Below, one piece after another: positions 18,894 through 28,305 of a stretch of DNA of 64,000 bases (position 1 is its first letter; each line of letters begins with the position of its first letter). The notes under the pieces were generated by a model. It worked only from the letters and a program-made list of their open reading frames with translations. It was not told where the DNA came from and made no database searches. The stretch is taken from the IMG/VR virus record IMGVR_UViG_3300037751_000382, positions 2,619 through 66,618 of that record. The stretch is one strand, 5' to 3'. This stretch comes from a virus (lineage: Duplodnaviria; Heunggongvirae; Uroviricota; Caudoviricetes). The position numbers and the translations under genes were made by a program.

Positions 18894-19431
18894 GGAGAAT
18901 TTTATGAAAATAGGCGGAGTAGAAGTTAATGGTCCGAGTGAAGAGATTCTTGTTTTGACAAGAATGGATAGTGAGGATATTGTAATTAAGGCTGTAGCGG
19001 TTCCCGATATGGATGAATTTAATAAACTTTGTCCAGAACCTAAACCACGTGGAATTAGAACCAAGAAAGAAGGTTATAAATTAGATTATGATGATCCAAA
19101 TTATAAGAAGCAAAAGGATCATTATAATGAACTTCATACAGCTTACATTGTACTTAAATCCTTAGAACCTAGTGAAATTGAATGGTCTCGTGTAAAAATG
19201 GACCAACCTTCTACTTGGCTTGAGTGGCAAAAAGAATTAAAGGAAACTGGTTTCTCAATTTTTGAGGTTAACCGAATTGTGATGACAGTTATGTCGGCTA
19301 ATGCTTTAGATGAAGGGAAACTTGAAAAGGCCAGAGAGGTTTTTCTACTTGGGCGCAGTCAGCCCGAAAAATCTTGTGGCCTACAGGACGAACAACAGAC
19401 TACGCTATCTGGCGAGCCTGTGAACGGTTAA
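18892..19431 (+). CDS. tail assembly chaperone-like protein (G-like)
   Basis: Upstream of the tape measure. Overlaps a -1 frame ORF that lacks its own ATG. Confidence 0.35.
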   Translation: MENFMKIGGVEVNGPSEEILVLTRMDSEDIVIKAVAVPDMDEFNKLCPEPKPRGIRTKKEGYKLDYDDPNYKKQKDHYNELHTAYIVLKSLEPSEIEWSRVKMDQPSTWLEWQKELKETGFSIFEVNRIVMTVMSANALDEGKLEKAREVFLLGRSQPEKSCGLQDEQQTTLSGEPVNG

Positions 19432-19613
19432 GTGTTCGACCACCAGGTGTAAAAGATGACTGGGACGAGTGTAGCGTATGGACACAAGCAAAAATATTAG
19501 CTTATAACCAAGTGAGGGAGCGCGATGAAATGGAACTTTTGAAAGCCCAAACTGGGGGAGGTAAATCTTCAGGTGAAAGTAGATCGTTTAAAAAACCTAA
19601 AAGACGTAGATGA
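19374..19613 (+). CDS. -1 frame extension ORF (T-like) with no ATG start
   Basis: Open in the -1 frame from 19326. Overlaps the 3' end of 18892-19431 across cccgaaaaatct (A5 at 19367-19371). Confidence 0.3.
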   Translation: MWPTGRTTDYAIWRACERLSVRPPGVKDDWDECSVWTQAKILAYNQVRERDEMELLKAQTGGGKSSGESRSFKKPKRRR

Positions 19614-20119
19614 TGAAGTTTACACCTAAATTTAAATTACTGGCGTTTGATCTTCAAGCTTGTTTTCGAGCAATCCATGAACGTCTTATAGAACAAACAA
19701 AACTTTCCGGGCAAATATGGATCAATGCTACTGTAATTTCCGTTCCTATTCCAACTTGGAGCGGGGCTTCAAGGGCAACTTTTCAGGAATTAGCGAGAGA
19801 ATTAGGTACCACTGTGCCAATTGGGCCTATTAAAGCTAAAAAAGACAGAACATCATTAGGAAGATCAGTTAGTAGTGGTGGATTTACGAAGGACAGAGTT
19901 ACATTCAATTATTCTTTCTTTTATGAAACTGATTTAAGATATCTTGCTTACAATGAATTTAATCGAGCGGTAAAAGGACCACCTCCACAACCTTTTAGTG
20001 ACAAGGTAAGATTTACCCCGTATCATTTTCAGGATAAAGGTTTAAAAGCCTGGAAAGAATTTGCAAAAGGCGTTAGGTTACCTAATCCTTATAACTTTTT
20101 AACTCCTGTGAATATATAA
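19610..20119 (+). CDS. hypothetical tail protein
   Basis: ATGA-coupled to the upstream ORF and 1 nt before the TMP start. Confidence 0.3.
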   Translation: MMKFTPKFKLLAFDLQACFRAIHERLIEQTKLSGQIWINATVISVPIPTWSGASRATFQELARELGTTVPIGPIKAKKDRTSLGRSVSSGGFTKDRVTFNYSFFYETDLRYLAYNEFNRAVKGPPPQPFSDKVRFTPYHFQDKGLKAWKEFAKGVRLPNPYNFLTPVNI

Positions 20120-20120
20120 A

Positions 20121-23100
20121 ATGCCAGCAATTTCACAAACACTTGGTTTTAATGCAACTGGTGCCATTAATGCTTTAACACGGTTAAAGTCGGCTTTGGA
20201 CGCTGTTAATGGTTCTTTAGTCGCTTTTTCCAATAGTGCTAAACAATTTCAAGGTGGATTGTTTACAACTGCTTTGCAAAAATTAAATACGCAATCTAAA
20301 ACTACTGCCCAATCAGTAACTCAAGTAGGAACAGCAGCACAAAAAACAGGGCAACATTTACATCAAGCTGGTCAAGCGGGCGCAGCTGCTGGTCACAATA
20401 TACAATTAAGTTGGGAAAATGTTTCAAGAATAATTGCTGGTCAGTTAATATTTAGGGCACTTACAACTTTAATTAGTGCTTTTACTGATGCTATTGGACG
20501 AGCCAGGGAATTGGGACTTGCTGTTGCTGAAATTGCTACGATTGACAGTGACGCACTTGGCCCACAAAAAGCTATAACAACAGAAATTTTAGCGATGTCA
20601 GATGCTCTTGGCATCACTGCAGAAACTATAGCGGAAGGTGTTTACCAGACACTTTCTAACCAAGTAGTAGAAGCAGGTGATGCTCTTAAATTTACAGCTG
20701 AAGCCGCTCAATTAGCACAAGTAACAATGTCTTCAACTGGCGCGGCCGTTGATGCTTTATCTTCTGTTATGAATGTGTTTGGTAAAGAAGCGGGAACGGC
20801 CCGAGAGATATCTGCTCAATTATTTGAATTGGTCAATTTAGGTCGTTTTCGTCTGGAGGAAATTGCTAATCAATTAGGAAAAGTTACTGGTTTAGCTAAA
20901 ATTGCAGGTATATCTTTTCAAGAGGTTGGTGCTTCATTAGCAACAATGACTCAAAGTGGATTGGATGTCCGCGTAGCTGTTACACAATTACAAAGTGTTA
21001 TTACTGCGATTCTAAACCCAACTGACGAAATGATGGAATTATTTAGAAGATGGAATGTTAGGGATGGTGTAGAAGCTATAAAGAAGTTTGGGGGACTAAC
21101 CGGTGTCCTTGCTAAAATGTCTCAAGAAACTGGGGGCAATGCTGCTCAAATGAGAGACCTCTTTAAAAGGGTCAGGGCTTTAGCTGGTTCACTAGGGATA
21201 TTAAATAAAGAAGGTAAAGTACAAACCGGTATACTAGAACGGTTAAAAGTAGCAACAGATGCATATAATAAGGCTATAGAGGAGTTTAATGAGGCACCTG
21301 CTCAACGTTTGACGATTGAGATGAATAAATTAAGGAATGAATTTACAAGGTTAGGAATTGAAGCTGGTCCAATACTTACACTTATTATAAAAGGAATTAA
21401 TGATTTAGTTGTGAGTACAGACCATTGGATAGACATATTTTCAATAGGCATCCATTCATTAATAACTGGTTTCAAAGAATTGGCTGCTGCTCCTGGAGCA
21501 TTCTTATCAGCCGATTTTTCAGCAATTGATAGATTAGAAGCTGAAAATGATGCATTTACAGATCGAGTTATTGCTAAATGGGATCGAAGTGAAAAAGTTA
21601 AAAGGACCTTATCAGCAGAAACCGGTGACGTGTTCGCAGCAACTCTCAATGGTATGGAGGGTAATAATGCGGTTGCTGTGGAAAATATTGCCAAGAAATG
21701 GAAAGAAGGATTAAGTAAAGTTGAAGTTGCTTGGGATTTGCTGAATGAGAATTTCACCGCAACACTAGCTTCTTTGGAAAAAGGTTTTGAAAATGCCACA
21801 GCCCCTTTGAAAGATTTTGTTAGTGGAGTAGATAATGTAATAAAGCAATCTGAGCAACGTGTCCTAGATTTTGAGCAAAAGTTAAAAGACATTAAGTTTG
21901 GAGAAGCTTTAGCTGGTAAAGATGCTTTTCAACAACAACAATTTCTTGGTCAAGAAGCTGCAAAGGCATTGGCTGAAGCTAAGAGCAATTTACTTCGTAA
22001 CGATTTAGATGAAACTAAACGTAATGAAGCTTTAAAACGAGCCGATCAAGCTATAACTTTAGCAGAACAAAGAGTAGCTGCTTCTGAAAAAACAAAATTT
22101 GCTGGGGACGATGTACAAGCAAGTAATCAACTCAAACGTTTACTAAATGAAAGAATTGAATTAGAAAAAAATCTTCAAAGAAGTCTTAAAACTGAAAAAG
22201 AACAAGTAATTATATTAGAGAATAAAGTTTTAGCAATCACAAAGGAAAGAGAAACAATTGAAAAACGGATCGGTGAGTTAAGAAAAGAATTTGCCAAAGC
22301 CCCTGAATTTGATAAAGGACCTATTCTTGCTGCTATTGAAGAGGCGAAAGCACGTATTGGTGAACTTAAATTTTTCCCTGAAACAGGTGGCGAAGCAAAT
22401 ATCCTTAATAAATTAGGAATAACACCTGAAGCCTTAACACTCGCTCAAACAAAAATACAGGAAGCTATAAACAATGTTAATTTTTCATTAGAGGAAAAAT
22501 TAATTGGTCAACTTGATACTGCTTTAAAAGGTAAAGAGTATAATGTGCAAATTACAATTCCAGCTGGAATTGAAGCACAATTAAGTCAAGTTGTAACACA
22601 AACAGATACTTTAGCTGAAGCTGTTGTTAGGTCTGGATCAACACCAGTAATCGATAGTAACAGTTTAATTACAGGTGGTCAACAAATTGTAAATGCCACT
22701 ACATCCACTAATACATTAACACAAGCTTTTAACAATACAGCTCAAACTGTTAATAGAGTTAGTGAAGCAGTAGCACAATTGAATATTGGTACCCAAAGGA
22801 CTGTTGATACAGCAAATCTTTTAAAATCAGCTTGGGATAGGGTTGCGGCTGCGGCGCGAGCTGCTGCAGTTGCTTCAGCTGCTGCAGCGGCAGCAGCTGG
22901 TGGTGCAGCGTATCACGGAGGATTCCCACAATATTTGGCAAATGGTGGTGTTAGAGGACAAGACGTAATCAATGCTCAATTAGCTAAGGGTGAATTTGTT
23001 GTAAATTCTAGGTCTTCAGCTAAATTTTTCTCAGAATTAAATGCAATGAATGCTGGTTCCCAACCTGTGTTCCGTGAACAGGGTGGGGCAGTAACGAATG

Positions 23101-23213
23101 TCGGCGAAATCAATGTCACGGTAAAAGGTGGAGATAGTTCCCAGCAAACGTTACGTGAAATAGGTAATGGTTTACGAAGGGAAATTCTCCGAGGTAATAT
23201 TCGTCTTAACTAA
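20121..23213 (+). CDS. tail tape measure protein
   Basis: 1030 aa, predominantly helical/coiled-coil, poly-Ala segment AAAARAAAVASAAAAAAAGGAA. Placed between chaperone-like ORFs and distal tail genes. Confidence 0.75.
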   Translation: MPAISQTLGFNATGAINALTRLKSALDAVNGSLVAFSNSAKQFQGGLFTTALQKLNTQSKTTAQSVTQVGTAAQKTGQHLHQAGQAGAAAGHNIQLSWENVSRIIAGQLIFRALTTLISAFTDAIGRARELGLAVAEIATIDSDALGPQKAITTEILAMSDALGITAETIAEGVYQTLSNQVVEAGDALKFTAEAAQLAQVTMSSTGAAVDALSSVMNVFGKEAGTAREISAQLFELVNLGRFRLEEIANQLGKVTGLAKIAGISFQEVGASLATMTQSGLDVRVAVTQLQSVITAILNPTDEMMELFRRWNVRDGVEAIKKFGGLTGVLAKMSQETGGNAAQMRDLFKRVRALAGSLGILNKEGKVQTGILERLKVATDAYNKAIEEFNEAPAQRLTIEMNKLRNEFTRLGIEAGPILTLIIKGINDLVVSTDHWIDIFSIGIHSLITGFKELAAAPGAFLSADFSAIDRLEAENDAFTDRVIAKWDRSEKVKRTLSAETGDVFAATLNGMEGNNAVAVENIAKKWKEGLSKVEVAWDLLNENFTATLASLEKGFENATAPLKDFVSGVDNVIKQSEQRVLDFEQKLKDIKFGEALAGKDAFQQQQFLGQEAAKALAEAKSNLLRNDLDETKRNEALKRADQAITLAEQRVAASEKTKFAGDDVQASNQLKRLLNERIELEKNLQRSLKTEKEQVIILENKVLAITKERETIEKRIGELRKEFAKAPEFDKGPILAAIEEAKARIGELKFFPETGGEANILNKLGITPEALTLAQTKIQEAINNVNFSLEEKLIGQLDTALKGKEYNVQITIPAGIEAQLSQVVTQTDTLAEAVVRSGSTPVIDSNSLITGGQQIVNATTSTNTLTQAFNNTAQTVNRVSEAVAQLNIGTQRTVDTANLLKSAWDRVAAAARAAAVASAAAAAAAGGAAYHGGFPQYLANGGVRGQDVINAQLAKGEFVVNSRSSAKFFSELNAMNAGSQPVFREQGGAVTNVGEINVTVKGGDSSQQTLREIGNGLRREILRGNIRLN

Positions 23214-23230
23214 AGAAAGAAAGGTAAAAA

Positions 23231-23725
23231 ATGATAGAAAAACTTGGTTTCCAGGGTCGTTTTCAGGTTGAACACAGGGATGAAAAGGGTGATCTTAAGG
23301 GAATTTACGATGTCCCGAATGGTATTGTTGATGTTGGATTAAACCATATCCTAGATGTTGAGTTTAATGGCACAACTCAAGTTACTACTTGGTATATTGG
23401 TGCTGTTGACAATGTTGGTTTTAGTGCATTTGCTGATGCAGATACTCTTGCCAGTCACTCTGGTTGGACTGAAAATACCAATTACACAGAAGCTAACCGT
23501 GTAACATGGAACTCGGACGCTGCTGCCAGTCGTTCGATTACCAACGGTAATACATCTGACTTCTCAATTAATGCTTCTGGTAACCTGAAAGGAATCTTTG
23601 TGTCCAGTAACAATGTTAAGAGTACGGGTAATACTGGTACTCTTTGGTCCACTGCAGCGTTTAGCTCTGTGGTTGCTGTAAGTAATGGTGATACTCTTAA
23701 GGTCACCTACACAATTAGCGGTTAA
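23231..23725 (+). CDS. distal tail protein (candidate)
   Basis: First ORF after the TMP, Ser/Thr/Asn-rich. Followed by a strong terminator. Confidence 0.35.
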   Translation: MIEKLGFQGRFQVEHRDEKGDLKGIYDVPNGIVDVGLNHILDVEFNGTTQVTTWYIGAVDNVGFSAFADADTLASHSGWTENTNYTEANRVTWNSDAAASRSITNGNTSDFSINASGNLKGIFVSSNNVKSTGNTGTLWSTAAFSSVVAVSNGDTLKVTYTISG

Positions 23726-23737
23726 GTTTCACTTACT

Positions 23738-23779
23738 CCTAGTTACCAGTTACCGCTACTGGTAACTAGGTTTTCTATT
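23738..23779 (+). terminator. rho-independent terminator
   Basis: cctagttaccagt-taccgct-actggtaactagg (13-bp perfect stem), followed by ttttctatt. Confidence 0.75.
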
Positions 23780-23803
23780 CACCTATTATATAAGGTTCTA
23801 TAA

Positions 23804-24475
23804 ATGAGTTTTTGGCAAAATTATACTGGTTACTCGGCTCGTTATGATCTATCTGATGTAGCAAATATGGTCCTCGATGAAAATGGACGTGTAAAAAGAG
23901 CCTATGATCTTAGTGGAAATAAAAGAGGCGTTTTTCAAGATGATCCTACAATGCGTCCAACACTAGAATCTATGACGGGAAATTTAACAGGGATAAAGGG
24001 TAATATTACTGAGGAACCTTATAAAAGATATTTAGCTGTTACTGGTTTATCTTTGCCGAGCCCACGAACTATTTTTATTGTTCTTAAAGCTTCAGCACAT
24101 ACTTGGTTAAGAAACTTTTCAGGGGGTACTTTTAGTAGAATAGCTTTACGACAAGCCTTAAGACGTATGCAAGGCAGTCTTATTCTTGAAGGCGGAACAT
24201 ATGTCCCGGACGCTCTTGAAATTTGGCTTTGCACTTTTAATACGTATACGAGTTCACTTTATGTTAATACGGGTCAGAAAATAGCTGGCGCGATAGGGGG
24301 CGCATTTCCAGACACTTCTATTAATTTATTATCTAGTGGTAGTGGAACATCTCCTACTGATGGTATAGTTGGAGAATATGTTCGATTTGGGCGTTTACTG
24401 GAAACTACTGAGAAAAATGAAATAGGAAGCTATTTAGCTAATAAATGGGCAGTTAACTGGGTTCCTGTAATATAA
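23804..24475 (+). CDS. hypothetical tail protein
   Basis: Intact ORF, ATGA-coupled to the next gene. Confidence 0.3.
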   Translation: MSFWQNYTGYSARYDLSDVANMVLDENGRVKRAYDLSGNKRGVFQDDPTMRPTLESMTGNLTGIKGNITEEPYKRYLAVTGLSLPSPRTIFIVLKASAHTWLRNFSGGTFSRIALRQALRRMQGSLILEGGTYVPDALEIWLCTFNTYTSSLYVNTGQKIAGAIGGAFPDTSINLLSSGSGTSPTDGIVGEYVRFGRLLETTEKNEIGSYLANKWAVNWVPVI

Positions 24476-25506
24476 TGGCCCTTCTCTGGATAGACAGTTT
24501 TGATAATTATGGTACCAGTACTGGTAATGCTCCTTCACCCACTGGAATCATCGGTAGAAAATATGTTACTTCTCAAGAAAGCATTTTAACCATTGACAGT
24601 GGTCAAACAATTGGTTATAGTTTAAAATTAAATACTGGAACAGCACGCCTTCAAACCCCAGTTTTTAATACGACAAATAAAACTTTATTTGTTGGTTTTA
24701 ATTTTAAACTTTCAGGAGTTAGTTCTAACGATGTTTTGTTCCTTTTTACAAATCAATCTTTAGTTCAGACTTCATTTCAAGGTGTTAATGTTAGAAATCG
24801 TACTGGTGGTGAATTAGCAATTTATAGAACAGGCACACAAATAGGAGTAACTTCAGGGTTAGGTTTAACTGCTAATACTTGGCACTATCTTGAAACCAAA
24901 TGTTATTGTGATAATTCAGGGGCGTTTGAATTAAAGTTAGACGGGGCAAGTATTTTAACTGGGAACGCGGATACTCAAGAGGGCTCTGTTGCTTACTATA
25001 ATTATATAACATTTCTTTCCCCCGGTGTTGTTGATATGCACATGGATGATTTATATATTTGTGACGGAGCAGGAAGTATAAATAATGATTTTCTAGGTAA
25101 ACGAAAAGTAGTGACGCTGCGGCCGAATGGAGATGATACTACTAACTGGTCCATATCATCAGGTGGAAATCATTATGGAGGATTAGATGAAGAAATAGAG
25201 GATGATGATACTTCGTATATTGAAACTGGAACATCTAATCATAAAGATTTATTTAATTATGAAAATACATCCGAGACAACTATTTTAGGTGCAATGTTAA
25301 CTACGGACGCAAAATTAACAAGTACCCAAGGATACGCATTAAAACACGTTGTAAATTCAAATGGAAATGAATTAATCTCCTCAAATCAATACGTAGGGGA
25401 AGGTTACAATTCTTTAAGTGAAATTTTTGAACAAGATCATGATGCCAGTGCAAATTGGACGCAAAGCACAATTAATTCAGCTAAATTTGGAGTTCAAGTA
25501 GGATGA
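24475..25506 (+). CDS. tail fibre/receptor-binding-like protein, paralog A
   Basis: N-terminal MALLWIDSFDNYGTSTGNAPSPTGIIGRKY and C-terminal SANWTQSTINSAKFGVQV are shared with the next gene. Confidence 0.4.
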   Translation: MALLWIDSFDNYGTSTGNAPSPTGIIGRKYVTSQESILTIDSGQTIGYSLKLNTGTARLQTPVFNTTNKTLFVGFNFKLSGVSSNDVLFLFTNQSLVQTSFQGVNVRNRTGGELAIYRTGTQIGVTSGLGLTANTWHYLETKCYCDNSGAFELKLDGASILTGNADTQEGSVAYYNYITFLSPGVVDMHMDDLYICDGAGSINNDFLGKRKVVTLRPNGDDTTNWSISSGGNHYGGLDEEIEDDDTSYIETGTSNHKDLFNYENTSETTILGAMLTTDAKLTSTQGYALKHVVNSNGNELISSNQYVGEGYNSLSEIFEQDHDASANWTQSTINSAKFGVQVG

Positions 25507-26543
25507 CATTACTTTGGGCGGACGGATTTGATACTTACGGAAACACTAATAATACGGCTCCTTCGCCCTCGGGTATTATTGATAGAAAATATCAGGGAGG
25601 AGCATCAGGTACTGCTTCATTTAGAATACGTGCAGGCAGAATTTCTGGTAATTCAATTGCTCTTAGCACGTCAACTACATTTTGCCGAACCACAAATTTA
25701 AACACAAGTAACACGTTTATTGTTGGGGGCGCATATAAATTTGCCAGTCCAGGAGGTAATAATTTTTCCTATGATTTGTGGCGAGCAAGAGATCATTCTT
25801 CAAGTGAATTTTTAATTGCGCGTATGCAATATGGAGAAATAGAACTTCTGACCGGTGGAGTCAGTCAAGTTAGAACAACTAATTTACATTTGAAACTTAA
25901 TACGTGGTACTATATTGAATTTAAAATTTTTATTGATGGATCAGCTGGCACATGTATAATAAGACTTAATGGAATTGAAGTATCAAATGCTACTGGTCTA
26001 GATACCCAAACGAATTCCCCGGCTTCAGTTATGGATTTTAGATTAATCGGGTCAGTAAATCTTGGATTTGAAGTTGATGATTTTTATATCGCCGACGATT
26101 CTGGTTCAGTTAATAATGACTTCTTAGGGTCTATTGAAGTTCATACAATTAGACCAAACGGAGATGATACCGCGAACTTTACTACATCTACCCCTAGTGC
26201 AAATCATTTTGAAAATGTAGATGAAGTTGTGACCGATGATAACACTTCTTATGTTGAAAGTAATACATCAGGACATAGAGAATTATATGATTATGGAAGT
26301 ATTTCGGGGTTCACAACTATAAGAGGTGTAGGGTTAAATGTAGATTTAAATGATGGTGGAGCAAATCAAAATTTTCAACATTTACTAAAATCAAATACAA
26401 CTGAAAATAGTTCAGGAAATGTCACAATAAATAGCTCTACCTATAAAACTTATCTTTATATTTCTGAACAAGACCCTGATGCCAATGCTAATTGGACCCA
26501 AACCACAATTAATGCGGCTAAATTTGGATTTCAAATTCCATGA
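25503..26543 (+). CDS. tail fibre/receptor-binding-like protein, paralog B
   Basis: N-terminal MTLLWADGFDTYGNTNNTAPSPSGIIDRKY and C-terminal ANANWTQTTINAAKFGFQI. Tandem duplicate of 24475-25506. Confidence 0.4.
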   Translation: MTLLWADGFDTYGNTNNTAPSPSGIIDRKYQGGASGTASFRIRAGRISGNSIALSTSTTFCRTTNLNTSNTFIVGGAYKFASPGGNNFSYDLWRARDHSSSEFLIARMQYGEIELLTGGVSQVRTTNLHLKLNTWYYIEFKIFIDGSAGTCIIRLNGIEVSNATGLDTQTNSPASVMDFRLIGSVNLGFEVDDFYIADDSGSVNNDFLGSIEVHTIRPNGDDTANFTTSTPSANHFENVDEVVTDDNTSYVESNTSGHRELYDYGSISGFTTIRGVGLNVDLNDGGANQNFQHLLKSNTTENSSGNVTINSSTYKTYLYISEQDPDANANWTQTTINAAKFGFQIP

Positions 26544-27925
26544 CAATTCGTGGCACTACACATTATGTTGAAGTTGCTGGGGAAGGTTCCGGTAATGTTC
26601 GTGTCACACGACAATATATTGAGTTATTGGTTCCCGCTTCAACTACTCACAATGAATCTGTAACCAGCAATTTAAATTTTGTACAACAAGTAAACCTAAT
26701 TCGCACTGCAAATGCTTCTAGTACCCTTAATTTTACCCAAACTGTTTCAACGTTACCCACACAAAATGCGAACAATGTATTAAGTTTAATAGATTCAGGG
26801 GATTTTATCCATCTCCTTTTAGATAGAAAACCAGCTGAAAACACACTAAATTTTATACAATCAGTATTTTTAAGCTCAAATCCACAAGTAACACAGAATC
26901 TTAATTTTAGTGATACTGTTACATTTGTGGGGCCACGTCCAGTTTCAATTTATCAACCAGTAAATTTTACCCAAGTAGCAAGAAACACGGCCCATAATAT
27001 ACGATTAGAGGATACTCTTGAATTTACAGATTTAGCGCGTGTTCCTATACCAATAACTGTAAATCAAGTAATAAATTTTACTGATGTAGCCACTATAACT
27101 AATCCTGTTCATACATTAAATTTTTCACAATCTGTGACTTATGGTAAATCAATTGGTGTAGAGGTATCCCATCTTGAATTAACTGATAATGTTGTTTTTC
27201 ATGGAACTTGGGTCCGGGCAATATCGCAAGATTCAGAATTAGGTCATGCAATGACCTACTTTCTTGATTCAATGTGTGCTAAGAAATCATTTAATCCTTT
27301 TATAGGTGAGGATACAGTTAATTCCAAAACACAAGATGAAAATCCTCCTAAAACTCAAATTGATTTTGCGACCCGTAAATTTTTAATGTATTATCCTGGC
27401 ACAAATGAAAGAACTTCAACAGTTGAATTACGGGCACCTGAACTTGATAATCGAGATAGATTGGCTTTTACAAGAGTTAATCAAGAAACAAGAGGAGGGT
27501 ATTTAATTGTTTTTTCGGACCCTAGTTGGCCAAAAATTACAACTTTAGTTTTTACCTTTGTTGCTTTAAAGAAAAGTGAAATTAATGAAATACAAACTTT
27601 CTTTGAAAATTATCTTGGATTAGAAATTGGTATAACTGATTGGGAGGGAAGAGAATGGTTAGGAATCATTACTGATCCCGATCAACCTGCAAGTGAAGAT
27701 GGGAGAGGTCGTTGGACAATTTCGTTTACCTTTGAAGGTGCTAGATTAGAAGAAGAACCGGATCAATTAACATTAGTAGACCAGTTAAGTTTTAATATGG
27801 TCAGGGCTAGAAGTCTTGATGATACTTTAACATTAAACCAGGAAGCAACTTACACGTTAATAAGAAATATTAGTGAAAGTATGACATTTACACAGAACCT
27901 TGTCCATGTTGTGGTGCCACCATAA
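26540..27925 (+). CDS. tail/baseplate protein (hypothetical)
   Basis: 461 aa, ATGA-coupled within the tail module. Confidence 0.3.
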   Translation: MTIRGTTHYVEVAGEGSGNVRVTRQYIELLVPASTTHNESVTSNLNFVQQVNLIRTANASSTLNFTQTVSTLPTQNANNVLSLIDSGDFIHLLLDRKPAENTLNFIQSVFLSSNPQVTQNLNFSDTVTFVGPRPVSIYQPVNFTQVARNTAHNIRLEDTLEFTDLARVPIPITVNQVINFTDVATITNPVHTLNFSQSVTYGKSIGVEVSHLELTDNVVFHGTWVRAISQDSELGHAMTYFLDSMCAKKSFNPFIGEDTVNSKTQDENPPKTQIDFATRKFLMYYPGTNERTSTVELRAPELDNRDRLAFTRVNQETRGGYLIVFSDPSWPKITTLVFTFVALKKSEINEIQTFFENYLGLEIGITDWEGREWLGIITDPDQPASEDGRGRWTISFTFEGARLEEEPDQLTLVDQLSFNMVRARSLDDTLTLNQEATYTLIRNISESMTFTQNLVHVVVPP

Positions 27926-28305
27926 TGTTTCAATTTAGGGCACCATATCCCGCGTATTCTACGACATTATTATTACCAAGTCCTTTGTTTGGTGATTCAA
28001 ATGCATTAAAATCACATATTACTTCATTAAGATCAATGAATGGAACTCTTTATACTTATGTAAGAAAACTTGGAAAAAGAAAATTAAGATGGGATTTTGA
28101 AGTTAGTCGTGATAAGGCTCTTGAAATACAAGCATTTATGAATGCTTATTACGATCTTAAAATACAGGCAGTTGATCATAATAATGATAAATGGATAGGT
28201 TATCTTAAAAATAATCCGTTTGAATTTGTTGGTGCGGGTAAAGCATTACCTTGGCCAGGTAATGAAGCAATGACTATCTTGATAGAATTTGAGGAAGCTT
28301 CATGA
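27925..28305 (+). CDS. hypothetical tail protein
   Basis: 126 aa, coupled to neighbours. Confidence 0.3.
   Translation: MFQFRAPYPAYSTTLLLPSPLFGDSNALKSHITSLRSMNGTLYTYVRKLGKRKLRWDFEVSRDKALEIQAFMNAYYDLKIQAVDHNNDKWIGYLKNNPFEFVGAGKALPWPGNEAMTILIEFEEAS

Noticed and set aside
21302-21892. 196-aa minus-strand ORF inside the tape-measure gene. Similar antisense ORFs occur at 14234-14806, 13562-14062, 30792-31112, 55229-55558 and 9045-9508.
   Set aside because: They lie fully inside well-supported + strand genes, have no start context or motifs, and are low-complexity. They are frame shadows, not genes.
22840-22915. GC-rich GCN-codon run in the TMP gene.
   Set aside because: It encodes a poly-Ala low-complexity linker. 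It is not a mobile element or structured RNA.
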